Source of the DNA: an uncultured bacterium
Lineage (GTDB): Bacteria > Fidelibacterota > Marinisomatia > Marinisomatales > TCS55
Reading direction: 5' to 3'
Length of the DNA stretch: 50,709 nucleotides
Assembly: GCA_964475645.1 (NCBI GenBank)
Contig: CAYYXU010000001.1
Coordinates: 1 to 50,709 of the forward strand
Part shown: positions 9,329-18,926 of the stretch, piece by piece
How positions within the stretch are numbered: position 1 is the first letter of the stretch
Layout of the letters: every line of letters begins with the position of its first letter
Made by a program: the position numbers and the translations under genes
The notes under the pieces: model-generated
Database searches by the model: none
Seen by the model: only the letters and a program-made list of their open reading frames with translations
Told to the model about the DNA's origin: nothing

Positions 9329-10498
9329 ATGAAAAAATTCGGGCCCGATTATTATAATATTTCTGATGAACTGACCGAAGAAGAATTGCTTATTCAGCAT
9401 ACTGCCCATGATTTTGTGCAAAACGAATTTGTACCGGTAATCAATGAGCATTACGAGCAAAGCACATTTCCAATGGAACTTGTCTCGAAACTTGGAGAAT
9501 TGGGTTTTATGGGCTCTGCCCTTCCTGTTGAATCTGGTGGTGCAGGCGTGAGTAATGTAGCTTACGGTTTGATACTGCATGAATTAGAACGGGGAGATTC
9601 AGGCTTGCGATCTTTTGCTAGTGTGCAAGGATCATTAGTTATGTACCCTATCCATGCTTTTGGATCAGATGAACAAAAGGAAAAATGGCTACCAGGTTTA
9701 GGAAAAGGTGAATTGGTTGGTTGTTTTGGTTTAACTGAACCTAATTATGGTTCAAATGCAGGGGGCATGGCCACCACAGCCAAAAGAAAAGGAGATGGTT
9801 GGATTATTAATGGATCAAAAATGTGGATCACCAATGGCAGTATTGCAGACGTGGCTGTAGTCTGGGCCAAGGATGATGATGATGTTATTCGTGGCTTTCT
9901 TTTAGAAAAGGGTATGGATGGATTCAGTAGTAATGATATTCATGGTAAATTGAGTTTACGTGCTTCTATAACTTCTGAATTAGCAATGGTTAATGTTCAT
10001 GTTTCAGATTCTGCGCGGTTACCAGGCGTGGAGGGGATGAAAGGGCCTTTGTCCTGTCTGACTCAAGCTCGATATGGTATTGCGTGGGGGATGACAGGCT
10101 GTGCCGCTGATTGTTACCAGACAGCTCTGAAATATGCCAAGGAACGGAAACAGTTTTCTAAGCCTATTGCGGGATACCAGCTGACTCAAGCCAAATTTAC
10201 AGAAATGCTGACTAGGATAACGGAAGCGCAACTGATGGTATTACGTTTGGGTCGCATGAAAGATGCTGGTACAATGAATTTTCACCAGGTTTCAATGGCA
10301 AAACGGAATAATTGTGCCATGGCCCGAGATATTGCTAAAACGGCTCGAGAAATTCTTGGAGCTAATGGTGTTACGCTTGATTATTCACCAATTCGACACC
10401 TGGCAAACATTGAATCTGTATTTACTTATGAAGGTACTCACGAAATGCATACCTTAATTATTGGTGAAGATATCACGGGAATTTCTGCTTTTGAATAA
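9329..10498 (+). CDS. gcdH: Glutaryl-CoA dehydrogenase
   Basis: Acyl-CoA dehydrogenase fold with GcdH-type strings: LTEPNYGSNAGGM, GSKMWITNGSIADVAVVWAK, IRGFLLEKG, LRLGRMKD and YEGTHEMHTLIIGEDITGISAF. GAGGAAAG Shine-Dalgarno upstream. Confidence 0.85.
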   Translation: MKKFGPDYYNISDELTEEELLIQHTAHDFVQNEFVPVINEHYEQSTFPMELVSKLGELGFMGSALPVESGGAGVSNVAYGLILHELERGDSGLRSFASVQGSLVMYPIHAFGSDEQKEKWLPGLGKGELVGCFGLTEPNYGSNAGGMATTAKRKGDGWIINGSKMWITNGSIADVAVVWAKDDDDVIRGFLLEKGMDGFSSNDIHGKLSLRASITSELAMVNVHVSDSARLPGVEGMKGPLSCLTQARYGIAWGMTGCAADCYQTALKYAKERKQFSKPIAGYQLTQAKFTEMLTRITEAQLMVLRLGRMKDAGTMNFHQVSMAKRNNCAMARDIAKTAREILGANGVTLDYSPIRHLANIESVFTYEGTHEMHTLIIGEDITGISAFE

Positions 10499-10512
10499 TT
10501 TATTCATTAATA

Positions 10513-11478
10513 ATGAAGCGGCGAAGTTTTATAAAGACTAGTGCTGCCGGATTGGTGGCACCAACTGCATTAGTCAGTAATAACAGTAAACCGATAAAAA
10601 ATATAATGGGGAAACCAATAGTTATATCCACTTGGAACCATGGTTTACCAGCGAATGATGCTGCAATGGCCATTTTAAGGCAAAATGGTTCTGCATTAGA
10701 CGCTGTTGAAGCGGGTGTTCGTGTACCAGAGGCAGACCCAGAATCACAATCAGTAGGTTATGGTGGGCGTCCGGATGAAGATGGGCATGTTACGCTTGAT
10801 GCCTGCATCATGGATTCATTTGGCAATGCAGGTGCAGTCGCCTTTTTGAGAGATATTAAACATCCTATTTCTGTCGCACGAAAAGTAATGGAACAAACAG
10901 ATCACGTAATGCTTGTTGGGAAAGGAGCAAAGAAATTTGCGTTAGCCCATGGTTTTGAAGAAGAAGATCTTTTAACTAAAAAATCTCGCGATGAATGGTT
11001 ACGTTGGAAAAAAGATCATAGTATTAAAGATTCATGGGGACCAAATGAAGAACATGATACAATTAGTACTCTTGCAATAGATAATAAAGGTGATATGGCT
11101 GGTGCCTGCACAACTAGTGGCATGGCATACAAAATTCATGGTCGAGTGGGAGACAGCCCATTAATCGGGGCTGGAATGTTCGTGGATAATGATATCGGTG
11201 CCGTAGGTGCAACAGGGAAGGGTGAAGAAGTGATCAAAACCTGCGGCAGTTTTCTTGTGGTTGAACTTATGCGCCAAGGCTATTCAGCTATGGAAGCCTG
11301 CCATGAAGCTGTACAGAGGATAATTAAAAAGCACACTGAAAAGGTAAAATTTCAAATTGCATACGTTGCCCTACGTAAAGACGGGGATATAGGCTATGCA
11401 GGTATCCAGGATGGATTCCAATACGCTCTGTTTAAAGATAATCAGAATAAATTATATGATGTAAAGGGAATAGGCTAA
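10513..11478 (+). CDS. Glycosylasparaginase / N4-(beta-N-acetylglucosaminyl)-L-asparaginase (Ntn hydrolase) with Tat signal
   Basis: MKRRSFIKTSAAG is a twin-arginine leader. HDTIS, the nucleophile-Thr region, is followed by GACTTSGMAYKIHGRVGDSPLIGAG. Confidence 0.8.
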   Translation: MKRRSFIKTSAAGLVAPTALVSNNSKPIKNIMGKPIVISTWNHGLPANDAAMAILRQNGSALDAVEAGVRVPEADPESQSVGYGGRPDEDGHVTLDACIMDSFGNAGAVAFLRDIKHPISVARKVMEQTDHVMLVGKGAKKFALAHGFEEEDLLTKKSRDEWLRWKKDHSIKDSWGPNEEHDTISTLAIDNKGDMAGACTTSGMAYKIHGRVGDSPLIGAGMFVDNDIGAVGATGKGEEVIKTCGSFLVVELMRQGYSAMEACHEAVQRIIKKHTEKVKFQIAYVALRKDGDIGYAGIQDGFQYALFKDNQNKLYDVKGIG

Positions 11479-11480
11479 TT

Positions 11481-12659
11481 GTGAATTCATTTTTCGAATT
11501 TATCACAAATAAATATATACCCAAGTCAAGAGAATCTACCAAGAGGTACCGCACCCGGATTGGGAAATTTCAAGGCTGGATTTCAGTAACAGTTAATAGT
11601 CTAATGTTCTTTGTTAAGCTCATAATTGGAGTAGTAATTGGATCTATAAGTGTAATTGCCGACGCAGTACACACATTATCTGATGTTATTTCTTCTGGTG
11701 TGGTAATCTGGGGTTTTAATGAATCTGAAAAACCTGCTGACAAGGAACATCCTTATGGACATGGCCGTGCTGAATATGTGGCGACTTTAGTAATAGCTGT
11801 GTTATTAATAGTTGCGGGGATTGAATTTATTGAATCCTCTATTGACCGTATTATTCACCCCAGTGAAATAGAACCAGCTTGGTGGATGATTATTGCTGTT
11901 ATCTCTACAATATTTATAAAAATTATTATTGCAAATTATGCGGAATACTTATCCATGAGAATTGCATCGGGCACGTTACATGCTGATGCTTGGCACCACC
12001 GTATAGATGCCATATCATCATTGCTTGTTGCTGTGGCGATGATAGCAGGAAAATTTGGGTATAGTCAAATCGATGGTTGGGCTGGACTAGGGGTAGCACT
12101 ATTTATTATTTGGTCTGGGTTCGGTATAGCAAAGTCTGCAGTTGATGACCTCATTGGTAAGCCGCCAACCGTGGAAGAAATAGAAGACATTCGACAATTA
12201 GCTTGCGCGGTGGATGGTGTCCTTGATGTGCACGATATCGCCATCCATAGTTATGGTAAGGATAAGTTTGCAAGTATTCATATTGAAATTGATGCAGATG
12301 AAAAGCCAGCCAAAGCCCATGATATTTCAGAAAATGTGGAAGAAACCCTAGGAGAGAAATTAGGCGTATCACCGACAGTACATGTAGATCCTATATCAAT
12401 TACTGATCCAAAGGTAAAAGAAGTGAAAAAATATTTACGGGAGAATTGGTCTAACCATGATATAATAACAGATTTTCATGATGTGCGCGTTGTAGATACA
12501 GCACAGCATCATGTAATATTATTTGGTGTTAATGTAAAACCTAGTGTATCAAAATCACGTGTCATTGAATCATGCAATGAGGTTGAAAAGGATTTGGTCT
12601 CAGTATTTAAAAAATTTGAAGTGGATATTAAAATATCTCAGATTCATCAGTACGCATAA
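11481..12659 (+). CDS. Cation diffusion facilitator (CDF) family metal efflux transporter
   Basis: GSISVIADAVHTLSDV, HPYGHGRAEY and HADAWHHRIDA. GTG start. The C-terminal cytoplasmic domain appears to be duplicated. Confidence 0.85.
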   Translation: MNSFFEFITNKYIPKSRESTKRYRTRIGKFQGWISVTVNSLMFFVKLIIGVVIGSISVIADAVHTLSDVISSGVVIWGFNESEKPADKEHPYGHGRAEYVATLVIAVLLIVAGIEFIESSIDRIIHPSEIEPAWWMIIAVISTIFIKIIIANYAEYLSMRIASGTLHADAWHHRIDAISSLLVAVAMIAGKFGYSQIDGWAGLGVALFIIWSGFGIAKSAVDDLIGKPPTVEEIEDIRQLACAVDGVLDVHDIAIHSYGKDKFASIHIEIDADEKPAKAHDISENVEETLGEKLGVSPTVHVDPISITDPKVKEVKKYLRENWSNHDIITDFHDVRVVDTAQHHVILFGVNVKPSVSKSRVIESCNEVEKDLVSVFKKFEVDIKISQIHQYA

Positions 12660-12672
12660 CCTTGCCCGATTA

Positions 12673-13476
12673 CTAATCAATAAAATCTAATTCTCGCATA
12701 TTCTTAATTACTGCACCTGTGAATGATTGGGTTGTACCATTGATTTCAATAATGCATTCACCATTCTTTTTTAAACTTTTAAATAGTCCTTGATGGATTT
12801 GACAACCATCCTGAAACGTGATTTGTTTATTTTTATGGATACAATGGGGTATCCAGTACTTATTGATGTCAAAGGATTCTGAATTTTCAATAAGCTCATT
12901 TAAAAGTATTTCTAAATGATTTAGTATAGCTGCAAGTAAACGCTCCCGCTGAATGAATTCACCAACTTCTATGTATAATGAAGTAGCCGATTTAGAAATA
13001 TCATTTTTAAAATCATCTACCGTTTCATTTACATTGATACCAATACCAATTACTACCCATTTAATACTCTTGCCCTGGATTCTGCTCTCACACAGTATCC
13101 CGCCAAGCTTTTTACCATTAGCAATGATATCATTGGGCCATTTTAACCCCCCATCTATGTGCATATCCTGAAATGCCCTTATGATAGCAACACCGCTTAA
13201 CAGAGAAAATAAACCAGACATCGATCCCGATAAATCATTAGGCTGAATAACTACTGAAAATGTAAGGCTACGGTCTGCATTTGACTGCCATTTTGTACCA
13301 TTTCTGCCTTTTCCAGATAGCTGTCTATCAGTGATAATTACAGTGCCGGGCTTAACGCCCTCATCGATCAATTCCCAGGATTCTTCATTTGTTGAGTCCA
13401 GCTGTGTATAATATTCGATCACTTGCCCCAGTGTTGTAGTACGAAGATTTGCCTGTACAAGATTTGTGAATATCAT
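12673..13476 (-). CDS. birA: Biotin--[acetyl-CoA-carboxylase] ligase (group I, no HTH domain)
   Basis: GKGRNGTKWQS (the GRGRxGRxW motif), KWPNDI and GGILCE. Confidence 0.88.
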   Translation of the reverse strand: MIFTNLVQANLRTTTLGQVIEYYTQLDSTNEESWELIDEGVKPGTVIITDRQLSGKGRNGTKWQSNADRSLTFSVVIQPNDLSGSMSGLFSLLSGVAIIRAFQDMHIDGGLKWPNDIIANGKKLGGILCESRIQGKSIKWVVIGIGINVNETVDDFKNDISKSATSLYIEVGEFIQRERLLAAILNHLEILLNELIENSESFDINKYWIPHCIHKNKQITFQDGCQIHQGLFKSLKKNGECIIEINGTTQSFTGAVIKNMRELDFID

Positions 13477-13479
13477 GAT

Positions 13480-14058
13480 CTAAATAAAAATTAAAAGTAG
13501 TTGTACATAGGTAAGGATCATACCCATAAATGAGCCAACTAAAACCTGCGATATATTGTGTGCTTTTAATATAACTCTAGCACTCGCTACCAATACCAGA
13601 ATAAATCCCATTATTAATGGGGATTGTTCACCGTTCACCCATAATGCAGCTATAAGACCAGCAACTCCCATGGTGTGAATAGAAATTTTCCAATACCGAG
13701 TAATTAGAATAATTATTGCTGTGTTGGTAATAAAGCAAAACATCAGTCCTCTTACGATAGCATCGGCATTTTGCAGGGTAAGTACTATAAAACCTATAGC
13801 AGCATAAAGGACCCCCAAACTTAGAGGCATAATACGCTGTTTGCGTATACTTGCGTCCAGATCTGATATAATCCCATATCTTTGTAATACAATGATTGTA
13901 ATAATTGGGAAGAGATTTGAAAAAAGGAAACAGGTTATCAGAATTCCATCTGCGTTGGAGTGTATTATAGGGTTATCATAGATCAGTATTATATAAACAA
14001 AGAAAGATATAATCATTGGATGAAAAATGATGGATAATAATTTTGCCAGCTGGATCAA
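13480..14058 (-). CDS. Polytopic membrane protein, distant PAP2-like
   Basis: About six hydrophobic segments. KISIHT and SARVILKAHNISQVLVG resemble the PAP2 C2/C3 motifs only loosely. Confidence 0.4.
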   Translation of the reverse strand: MIQLAKLLSIIFHPMIISFFVYIILIYDNPIIHSNADGILITCFLFSNLFPIITIIVLQRYGIISDLDASIRKQRIMPLSLGVLYAAIGFIVLTLQNADAIVRGLMFCFITNTAIIILITRYWKISIHTMGVAGLIAALWVNGEQSPLIMGFILVLVASARVILKAHNISQVLVGSFMGMILTYVQLLLIFI

Positions 14059-14066
14059 ATTGTGTT

Positions 14067-15560
14067 TTAGTAGTTTGATTGATGTTCGCCAAAAACATTC
14101 CTGAATTGATCAGAAATTTCACCAAGGGTACAACGTGATCGCACACATTCAATTATGGCAGGAATTAGGTTGCTCGATCCGGTAGCAGTTTTATGCAAGA
14201 TTTTCAAATTTTTTCTTACTAATTCATTATTTCGTGAAGATTTAAAATCTTGCAATCTTTTTAACTGAAGGGCTACTTCCTTTTCATTTATGGTTAATGT
14301 ATTATAAACATCATTTTCATCAGTCTTGAATTCATTTACTCCAACAACAATTTTATCTTTTTTATCGATTGAATCCTGATGTTCAGAGGCGCTTCGTGCG
14401 ATTTCATTTTGTGTCCAACCAGATTCTATAGCCGCTATTGCACCACCTTTATTTTCAATTTCATTGATTATGGCATTTGCATCCGCTTCTATAGAATCAG
14501 TTAATGTTTCGATTGCATAACTGCCACCAAGAGGATCAGGGTAGTCAACTAATCCTGATTCATAGGCAATAATCTGTTGTGTTCTTAGGGCCAGTCTTGA
14601 TGACTCATTGGTTGGCAATGATAGGGCTTCATCGCGACTATTTGTATGCAATGATTGCGCACCGCCTAATACTGCTGACAACGCTTGAATGGTTGTACGG
14701 ACAATATTATTATCAATTTGTTGAGCAGTTAATGTTGATCCTCCAGTTTGTACATGGAAACGACAAAACATCGCTTTTTCATTTGTTACATTAAATTGTT
14801 CTTTCATTATTTTTGCCCACATACGTCGTGCCGCACGAAATTTGGCAACTTCGATCAATAGATTATTATGGGCATTGAAGAAAAATGATATTTTTCTTGC
14901 GAACTGATTGGGATCCAGACCTTTAGCTATTGCTGCTGCTACGTAAGAAATCCCATTTGCTAGTGTAAATGCTAATTCCTGAGCCGCGGTTGAACCAGCT
15001 TCTCTGATGTGATAGCCAGATATAGAGATGGTGTTCCAATACGGAGCATGTGTGGTGCAAAATTCCATGAGGTCAGTAACTAATCGCATGGATGGTTTGG
15101 GGGGGTATATGTATGTGCCGCGAGCGATGTATTCTTTTAAAATATCATTTTGTACTGTACCCTTCAATTTTTCTGCAGGCACACCTTGGTTTTCAGCAGT
15201 GACTAAATAGATTGCGAATAAAATAGGTGCCGTAGCATTGATGGTCATTGATGTTGAAACTTCATTTAATTCAATCCCGTCAAAAAGGATATCCATATCT
15301 TGAATGGATGTTATGGGAACGCCAACTTTACCAACTTCACCTACTGCCATAGGATGGTCAGAATCGTATCCAATTTGTGTTGGCAGATCAAATGCTACAG
15401 AAAGACCAGTTACACCCTGTTCCAAAAGATATTTATAGCGCTTGTTTGATTCTTCAGCCGAAGAAAAACCTGCATATTGGCGTATCGACCATGGTTTATC
15501 CTGGTACATATTGGGGTATAAGCCCCTGGTAAATGGAAATTCACCTGGGTTTTCTTTCAT
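14067..15560 (-). CDS. Methylmalonyl-CoA mutase family, catalytic (TIM-barrel) subunit without a B12-binding domain
   Basis: [63 protein letters not shown], and [17 protein letters not shown] (Tyr) is MCM-like rather than ICM-like. Confidence 0.9.
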   Translation of the reverse strand: MKENPGEFPFTRGLYPNMYQDKPWSIRQYAGFSSAEESNKRYKYLLEQGVTGLSVAFDLPTQIGYDSDHPMAVGEVGKVGVPITSIQDMDILFDGIELNEVSTSMTINATAPILFAIYLVTAENQGVPAEKLKGTVQNDILKEYIARGTYIYPPKPSMRLVTDLMEFCTTHAPYWNTISISGYHIREAGSTAAQELAFTLANGISYVAAAIAKGLDPNQFARKISFFFNAHNNLLIEVAKFRAARRMWAKIMKEQFNVTNEKAMFCRFHVQTGGSTLTAQQIDNNIVRTTIQALSAVLGGAQSLHTNSRDEALSLPTNESSRLALRTQQIIAYESGLVDYPDPLGGSYAIETLTDSIEADANAIINEIENKGGAIAAIESGWTQNEIARSASEHQDSIDKKDKIVVGVNEFKTDENDVYNTLTINEKEVALQLKRLQDFKSSRNNELVRKNLKILHKTATGSSNLIPAIIECVRSRCTLGEISDQFRNVFGEHQSNY

Positions 15561-16288
15561 TTTAATTGGCGTTCTTTTTTAATGGTTTGGTACGCATTAT
15601 TAACAGCTTTAAATTTTTCTTCGGCTAATTTTTGAAGGTCGTACCCAAGATGTGATACTTTATCTGGATGGTATTTATTCGCCATTTTACGGTATCCTTT
15701 TTTTACATCTCCATCATTACAAGATGGATCAAGTTCTAAAATCTTATAAGCTGAAATCTTATCCTTTATGAACATAGCTTTGATACTCTCAAAATCATTA
15801 TCATTGACGTTTAGATAACCTGCGATGGTATGGATAACTTTTATTTCATCGATGTGAATATGATTATCAGCATTTGAAAGGCCAAACAAGATATGTACAA
15901 GTTCTATTCTGCTGGGGTGGTCCATGGACCGCTGGATTTGACGGCAAACGTCCCGTAATGGATAATCTTGTTTAAGAATATCTTTAAATAGTATCATAAA
16001 ATTTTGTACATCACTTGTACTGAATTCTTGCTTAAGGAAGTCCTTTACATAAAGCAGCTCGGATCGCAATAATTGATTATCTGCTTTCATTACCTTGGCA
16101 AATAAAACTAGCATAGATACTATAAAATCACCCGGTAGTGTTTTCGTATAACCAGTTTGTCTCTGCGTATATTGGCGACCTCCTTGTTGTACTGACATAG
16201 AGGCCCAAGCATAGCCAAGTATGCCGCCAATTGGGCCACCAAGGACCCATCCAAGGCCACCCCAAAGAAGTTTTTTATTTATACTCAC
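15557..16288 (-). CDS. djlA: DjlA-like co-chaperone (N-terminal TM, TerB-like middle, C-terminal J domain)
   Basis: Gly-rich TM segment [21 protein letters not shown]-terminal J domain AYKILELDP...[12 protein letters not shown]. Confidence 0.65.
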   Translation of the reverse strand: MSINKKLLWGGLGWVLGGPIGGILGYAWASMSVQQGGRQYTQRQTGYTKTLPGDFIVSMLVLFAKVMKADNQLLRSELLYVKDFLKQEFSTSDVQNFMILFKDILKQDYPLRDVCRQIQRSMDHPSRIELVHILFGLSNADNHIHIDEIKVIHTIAGYLNVNDNDFESIKAMFIKDKISAYKILELDPSCNDGDVKKGYRKMANKYHPDKVSHLGYDLQKLAEEKFKAVNNAYQTIKKERQLK

Positions 16289-16348
16289 TGTGGTTTATTT
16301 ATATCAAATCGATTTCGTTGTAAAGAAAAACTACATAATAACATAATT

Positions 16349-16921
16349 GTGAAAAAGTTATATTCAGGTATGGACTTACCAATAAAGACAAGAGCTGCAC
16401 TATTTTGGAGGAGCCTATTCTTTGGTGCAAAAAATACTGATGCACCATTGGCTCTCGATAAAAATATTCCTGAATTAGGCAGTGTTTTATTTCTTCTTCC
16501 TGAAGCGGAACATTATACCCGTGTAGTGAGAATATTTTTACAATCAATACAAAATGCCCTAGGTCCTTTTCCCGCTATGAAAATTGAATATGCATTGTCC
16601 AAAAAAAGCCGTATTTCTTATGGATCATTAATAAAAGAACCCTTTATAGTCTATTCATCCAATGATCTTAATTATTGGGGCTTGCCAAAAAAAAAGTTAC
16701 TAAATAAATGCAGTGGCTTAAATATCAATGCAGCAATCGATTTAAATCCGGATTTTAACCCAATAGCTTTAACTCTAATGCAAGTTGCAAGGGCAGAGGT
16801 GAAGATTGGTTATTACTCAAGAAAAAAAGAACGATATTATAATATATTGATCGATCGCAAGAAAACGGATTTTTTAGAAAGGGGTAACCGTTATATAATT
16901 CAGTTATTAGGGTTGAATTGA
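16349..16921 (+). CDS. Hypothetical protein
   Basis: 190-aa ORF with a GTG start (alternative ATG at 16370). I recognise no family. Coding is supported only by length and its position in a compact array. Confidence 0.4.
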   Translation: MKKLYSGMDLPIKTRAALFWRSLFFGAKNTDAPLALDKNIPELGSVLFLLPEAEHYTRVVRIFLQSIQNALGPFPAMKIEYALSKKSRISYGSLIKEPFIVYSSNDLNYWGLPKKKLLNKCSGLNINAAIDLNPDFNPIALTLMQVARAEVKIGYYSRKKERYYNILIDRKKTDFLERGNRYIIQLLGLN

Positions 16922-17002
16922 CTTAAAATATTTTTTCAACAAATTATTGCCACCACAAAGACCCCCGATTAACTTAACGCCCGATTTTAGTAGAGATTAT
17001 CG

Positions 17003-17374
17003 ATGTTAGAAGGAATTATCTGTCCAAACTGTGGTGCAAACATTAACGAAATGGATCTTCGAGAGAAACTCGCTTGCACAAATTGCAAGAAAGATCTTAA
17101 GGATCGTAGTTATCTTGATTTTCTTGAATACCTTATGACTAATGGAATCGTAGAAAATCTCGACTTTTTTGATACAGCTGTTTACAGTGAGGATATTGAA
17201 CGGTTTGACCATGAAGACGAAGATGATGTAGAGATCACGGAGCATGAAAAAAGAAAAGACACTTTCAATCTATATGAAAATGAAATGGTCAAACAACAAG
17301 AGGAAGAAGAAGAATTAAACTATAAAGATTTTGAAGGCCTTGATGAAGATTGGGAAGATTTTAATAGTACATAA
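17003..17374 (+). CDS. Hypothetical zinc-ribbon protein with a highly acidic C-terminal half
   Basis: CPNCG-x17-CTNCK four-Cys ribbon, followed by D/E-rich sequence (HEDEDDVEITEHE, QQEEEEELNY, DEDWEDF). Confidence 0.5.
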   Translation: MLEGIICPNCGANINEMDLREKLACTNCKKDLKDRSYLDFLEYLMTNGIVENLDFFDTAVYSEDIERFDHEDEDDVEITEHEKRKDTFNLYENEMVKQQEEEEELNYKDFEGLDEDWEDFNST

Positions 17375-17395
17375 ATCATTATTTGGAGTAACATA

Positions 17396-17716
17396 ATGGA
17401 AGCAAAGAAAAAAGTTCAGCAAATAAATATTGAGTTGGATGAAAATGTCAGTAGCGGTGAATATGCAAATTTTGTTGTAGTAACACATTCACCAGCTGAA
17501 ATAGTGATGGATTTTACTAGATTGCTACCTGGCGTAGCAAAAGCTAAAGTGCATTCAAGAATCATCATGGCTCCACCCCATGCAAAAGCCTATTTAATGG
17601 CATTAACTGATAATATAGAGAAATTTGAATCCAAGTATGGTGAAATTAAGTCACCAGGTCAGGAAGGATTTACAGATTTTGGAGTTAAGCCTCCGGAAGG
17701 TTCGCTTCCGAACTGA
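17396..17716 (+). CDS. DUF3467 family protein
   Basis: GEYANFVVVTHSPAEIVMDFTRLLPG...AKVHSRIIMAPPHAKAYLMAL..NIEKFESKYGEI matches my recalled DUF3467 consensus. TGGAG Shine-Dalgarno upstream. Confidence 0.65.
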   Translation: MEAKKKVQQINIELDENVSSGEYANFVVVTHSPAEIVMDFTRLLPGVAKAKVHSRIIMAPPHAKAYLMALTDNIEKFESKYGEIKSPGQEGFTDFGVKPPEGSLPN

Positions 17717-17736
17717 TCTATAACAACTGAATAATT

Positions 17737-18324
17737 TCAACTGTACCGTACCCAGGTACGGCCTCTTTTTAATTCACGCATTTTCAGAAATACCCATAAA
17801 GTAATTATCAACCAGGCTATCCCATATCCAAATAATCCACCAAATAACACATCGCCAGGATAATGTACCCCCACATATACCCGACTTAATGCTACTGAAA
17901 AAGCCAGGAATAATAAGGGTTTTTTCCATTGTTCATAGAAATAAGATAGGATCGTCGTTCCTGCGAATATGTTTGCTGCGTGAGCAGATACAAATCCAAA
18001 TCTCCCACCTTTAGGAACCAATAGATTTACTGCATCCCCTAACGCATGTGATGGTCTCAAGCGGCCAATTGCTGGTTTAATGATTTCGACCACCGTTTTA
18101 TCAGTTGAAATTGCAGCAATTAATAGCATCACTGCAGCAATTTTTCCTCTTTTACCACCACGTATAATCAGCGCTACTAGACCAATGAGCGCTGGTATAG
18201 CCCAAAGATGTTCATTTGTTATAGTTGTAAAAAACAGGTCAAATATTGGATTCGATAGTGTATCATTTATAAAATATAATATGCTGCGATCAATTTGATC
18301 CAGCCATTCAAGCAAGTTGTCCAT
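17737..18324 (-). CDS. PAP2 family lipid phosphatase (undecaprenyl-diphosphatase / PA phosphatase type)
   Basis: All three PAP2 motifs are present: KPAIGRLRP, SAHAAN and SRVYVGVHYPGDVLFG. Confidence 0.85.
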   Translation of the reverse strand: MDNLLEWLDQIDRSILYFINDTLSNPIFDLFFTTITNEHLWAIPALIGLVALIIRGGKRGKIAAVMLLIAAISTDKTVVEIIKPAIGRLRPSHALGDAVNLLVPKGGRFGFVSAHAANIFAGTTILSYFYEQWKKPLLFLAFSVALSRVYVGVHYPGDVLFGGLFGYGIAWLIITLWVFLKMRELKRGRTWVRYS

Positions 18325-18338
18325 GAATCAGTTAATTA

Positions 18339-18839
18339 TTACCCTTTTTGTATAGTATTTAGGTGGTTTTTTCCGTGTTCGTCAAAATATAGTTCTACAA
18401 ATTGATTTAAGAGGATGGTAACTAACCCTGGCTCTGATTTATCCACGGTTTGTTTGCTCTTCATCGCTGCGACAATAATTTGCTGAAGTAATAAGGTTTG
18501 ATCTACATATTGCTGTCTTCCAGGTTCATTATTTTTCTTTGGTTTTATACGTTGTGCAAGAAAATAATCAGCTATGATAGATTGGATAAAGGCTGCATGT
18601 TCTTCCTTTGTATTTACCCACCTGACCAATTGATTCATATTTTGAGCACTGGATTCATCATTTGTTAATTGGTCTATTTGGTTCATGGCTTTTTCAATCG
18701 TAGTAACGTGTTCTCTTATTTGTATAATACGAATTGCGTCATCGTAAATACCGCAAGGTACTTGGCAGTGAGCGGTTATAATGTTTAAGCCAAACGCTGT
18801 TATGGTGATGGGAATCGCAATAAAATTTCTGATTTTCAT
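18339..18839 (-). CDS. sodN: Nickel-containing superoxide dismutase precursor
   Basis: The Ni-hook HCQVPCGIYD (HCxxPCGxYD) starts at residue 24, after the hydrophobic leader MKIRNFIAIPITITAFGLNIITA. The remainder has a helical-bundle-like composition with DYF. GGAG Shine-Dalgarno upstream. Confidence 0.85.
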   Translation of the reverse strand: MKIRNFIAIPITITAFGLNIITAHCQVPCGIYDDAIRIIQIREHVTTIEKAMNQIDQLTNDESSAQNMNQLVRWVNTKEEHAAFIQSIIADYFLAQRIKPKKNNEPGRQQYVDQTLLLQQIIVAAMKSKQTVDKSEPGLVTILLNQFVELYFDEHGKNHLNTIQKG

Positions 18840-18926
18840 GATCGTTAATTCTCCTTTGAATTATATGTTTATTTAATTCTTAGAAATTAAGACCAGTAGA
18901 TATTAATTCCGTATGATCTTCATGAA

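Noticed and set aside
16299-16547. 82-aa minus-strand ORF overlapping the start of the 190-aa gene
   Set aside because: It overlaps the plus-strand ORF by ~200 nt and would leave DjlA's upstream region with no room for a promoter. The sequence is hydrophobic and low-complexity with no motif.
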